Below, in pieces: positions 62,637-64,000 of a DNA stretch of 64,000 nt. Every line of letters begins with the position of its first letter. Positions within the stretch are counted from its first letter, which is position 1. Position numbers and translations under genes: made by a program. The DNA is from Armatimonadota bacterium (GTDB taxonomy: Bacteria; Armatimonadota; Fimbriimonadia; Fimbriimonadales; ATM1): the NCBI GenBank assembly GCA_037446435.1, contig JBBIIO010000006.1:1633-65632 (forward strand), given 5' to 3'. The notes under the pieces are model-generated. The model did no database searches and was not told where the DNA came from. It saw only the letters and a list, made by a program, of their open reading frames with translations.

Positions 62637-63432
62637 CGGCTGATTCCTCCTTCGTTTCGGTTGCGGGCGCCTCGGCCACGGGTTCGGGTGTCGGCTCGGG
62701 GGCGCGCTCCGGTTCCAGCGACGCACCGTCGGTGACGCTGCCGCCCTCGAGCTCGAAGCCGGTCGCCTGCTGCCCCTGGCGGATGCGATCGCGCAGCACC
62801 TCGCCGCGATACACCCAAACCTTCACGCCTACAACGCCGTAAGTCGTGAACGCTTCCGCCAAACCGTAATCAATGTCTGCGCGAAGGGTATGCAGCGGAA
62901 TCTTGCCCACCTTCTCCGCCTCGTTCCGCGCAATCTCCGCTCCGCCCAGGCGGCCGGAGCACATCACCTTCATTCCCCGTCCGTTGTTGCGCAGGTGTCG
63001 GCCGATTGCCTGGCGCATCGCCCTGCGGTGGCTGATGCGGCGCTCGAGTTGGATTGCAATGTTGTCGGCGATGAGTTGCGCGTCCAGTTCCGGCTGCGGG
63101 CACTCCTTCACGTCCACATGGACGACCGCCTCGGCGCCCAACTTCCGGACCATCTCCTGCAGGTTCCGACTGAGTAGCGTGATGCCCTGGCCCTGGCGAC
63201 CGATGACCGCGCCGGGGCGCGCCGCAAAGATGGTAACGCGGATGTTGTTCATCGCCCGCATGATGTCCACCTTGCTTACCAGCCCCTTGCCCAACTCCTT
63301 GCGAATGAACTCGCGAATCCGAAAGTCTACGTACAGGTGCTTCCGGTACGACTTCTTGTCCGCATACCACCGGCTGTCCGGCTCGCGGATGACTCCGATT
63401 CTAAACCCTACAGGATTGATCTTCTGACCCAA
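62623..63432 (-). CDS. rpsC: 30S ribosomal protein S3 with a C-terminal Pro/Glu-rich extension
   Basis: 269 aa. [13 protein letters not shown] and a KH domain. Confidence 0.95.
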   Translation of the reverse strand: MGQKINPVGFRIGVIREPDSRWYADKKSYRKHLYVDFRIREFIRKELGKGLVSKVDIMRAMNNIRVTIFAARPGAVIGRQGQGITLLSRNLQEMVRKLGAEAVVHVDVKECPQPELDAQLIADNIAIQLERRISHRRAMRQAIGRHLRNNGRGMKVMCSGRLGGAEIARNEAEKVGKIPLHTLRADIDYGLAEAFTTYGVVGVKVWVYRGEVLRDRIRQGQQATGFELEGGSVTDGASLEPERAPEPTPEPVAEAPATETKEESADVDA

Positions 63433-63435
63433 TGT

Positions 63436-63978
63436 CTACTCCTTGTTTTCCTCCGGCGCGCCTTCAGCCTTCGGTTCCTCGGAGGCCTGTGCCTCCTCGG
63501 CCGGCTCGGCTTCGGCTTCGGCTTCGACTTTCGCCTCGTCGCTTACCGCCGCGTCCTCTTTCTTAGCCTTCTTCTTAGAGGGCTTCGGTGATTCGAACTT
63601 CGGCCGCGGCTTCGGCTTCGCGTTAGAGCGAGGCATCTGGAACGGCTCTCCGTCTTCGAGCACCACGGTTACGTGACTCGTGCGTCGCACGATGATGTTG
63701 CCTCTGCCCTGAGCGCGCGCCCTCATTCGCTTGAGGCGCCACCCTTCGTCCACGAGGATGTTTCGCACGATCAGGCTGTCCGGTTCGAGACTGTGGTTCT
63801 CGACTGCATTGCCCACCGCGCTGCGCAGCACCTCGCGAATGAGGCGCGCCCCCTTCGACGGGTGGTGGCGCAGTTCGGCAAGCGCGACGATCGCGTGCTT
63901 GCCCTTTACCTCGTCCGCAACCAGCCGCGCCTTGCGCGGCGGAACTCGAAGTCGCTTACCAACGGCACGTACTTCCAT
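63436..63978 (-). CDS. rplV: 50S ribosomal protein L22 with a C-terminal extension of about 70 aa
   Basis: ATG 63978 gives MEVRAVGKRLRVPPRKARLVADEVKGK. AAGGAG SD 7 nt upstream. The tail is Lys-rich, then Glu/Ala-rich. Confidence 0.93.
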   Translation of the reverse strand: MEVRAVGKRLRVPPRKARLVADEVKGKHAIVALAELRHHPSKGARLIREVLRSAVGNAVENHSLEPDSLIVRNILVDEGWRLKRMRARAQGRGNIIVRRTSHVTVVLEDGEPFQMPRSNAKPKPRPKFESPKPSKKKAKKEDAAVSDEAKVEAEAEAEPAEEAQASEEPKAEGAPEENKE

Positions 63979-64000
63979 CACTGACTCCTTTCCTTTTCTG
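63978..64000 (-). CDS. rpsS: probable 3' end of the rpsS (S19) gene, running off-window
   Basis: A frame open to the window edge ends ...EKERSQ-TGA. The TGA overlaps the rplV ATG (TGATG). Called from S10-operon synteny only. Confidence 0.3.

Noticed and set aside
63481-63545. Short tandem GGCTTC repeats
   Set aside because: They encode the Glu/Ala run of the L22 C-terminal tail on the minus strand. This is coding low complexity, not a CRISPR or satellite repeat.

Overview
High-GC bacterial chromosomal window with no rRNA, no CRISPR array and no recognisable mobile element. I call about 76 protein-coding genes, 1 pseudogene, 3 tRNAs (Cys-GCA, Arg-TCG, Pro-GGG), a few hairpin terminators and a set of -10-like promoter boxes. 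Bases 1-47.7 kb are a mosaic of housekeeping, metabolic and envelope genes: S11 D,D-carboxypeptidase, rluB, recJ, ispG, galE, a 900-aa HExxH zinc protease, a di-haem DUF1111 protein, a Tat-exported GH116 glycosidase, a TlpA-TPR protein, NfeD/YqiJ plus two flotillins, folB, an E1alpha/E1beta/E2 2-oxoacid dehydrogenase operon, GT2-hpt-guaA, mqnC, trpS, hom, a BCCP-like protein, an FG-GAP protein, alr, a GT-C membrane glycosyltransferase and an MFS transporter. Bases 47.7-64.0 kb (minus strand) hold the 3' part of the S10 operon, the spc and alpha ribosomal operons, then truA-rplM-rpsI. I do not see a convincing multi-gene novel system such as a defence island, toxin-antitoxin pair or retroelement. 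The strongest oddities are listed here. (1) An EF-G2-type translational GTPase paralog is inserted between rplE and rpsN inside the otherwise canonical spc operon. (2) A TAnnnT box recurs 6-9 nt upstream of the start codon at about 14 first genes, implying widespread leaderless mRNAs. (3) An unannotated 50-aa Arg-rich/TM small ORF with that same signature lies between two tRNAs. (4) tRNA-Arg sits 9 nt upstream of an orphan BCCP-like gene that is translationally coupled to hom. (5) A DUF4242 gene carries an in-frame TGA plus a frameshift. (6) Several ribosomal proteins have long charged extensions, and rpsE overlaps rpmD by 44 nt. All functional calls come from motif and family recognition by eye; no database search was run.
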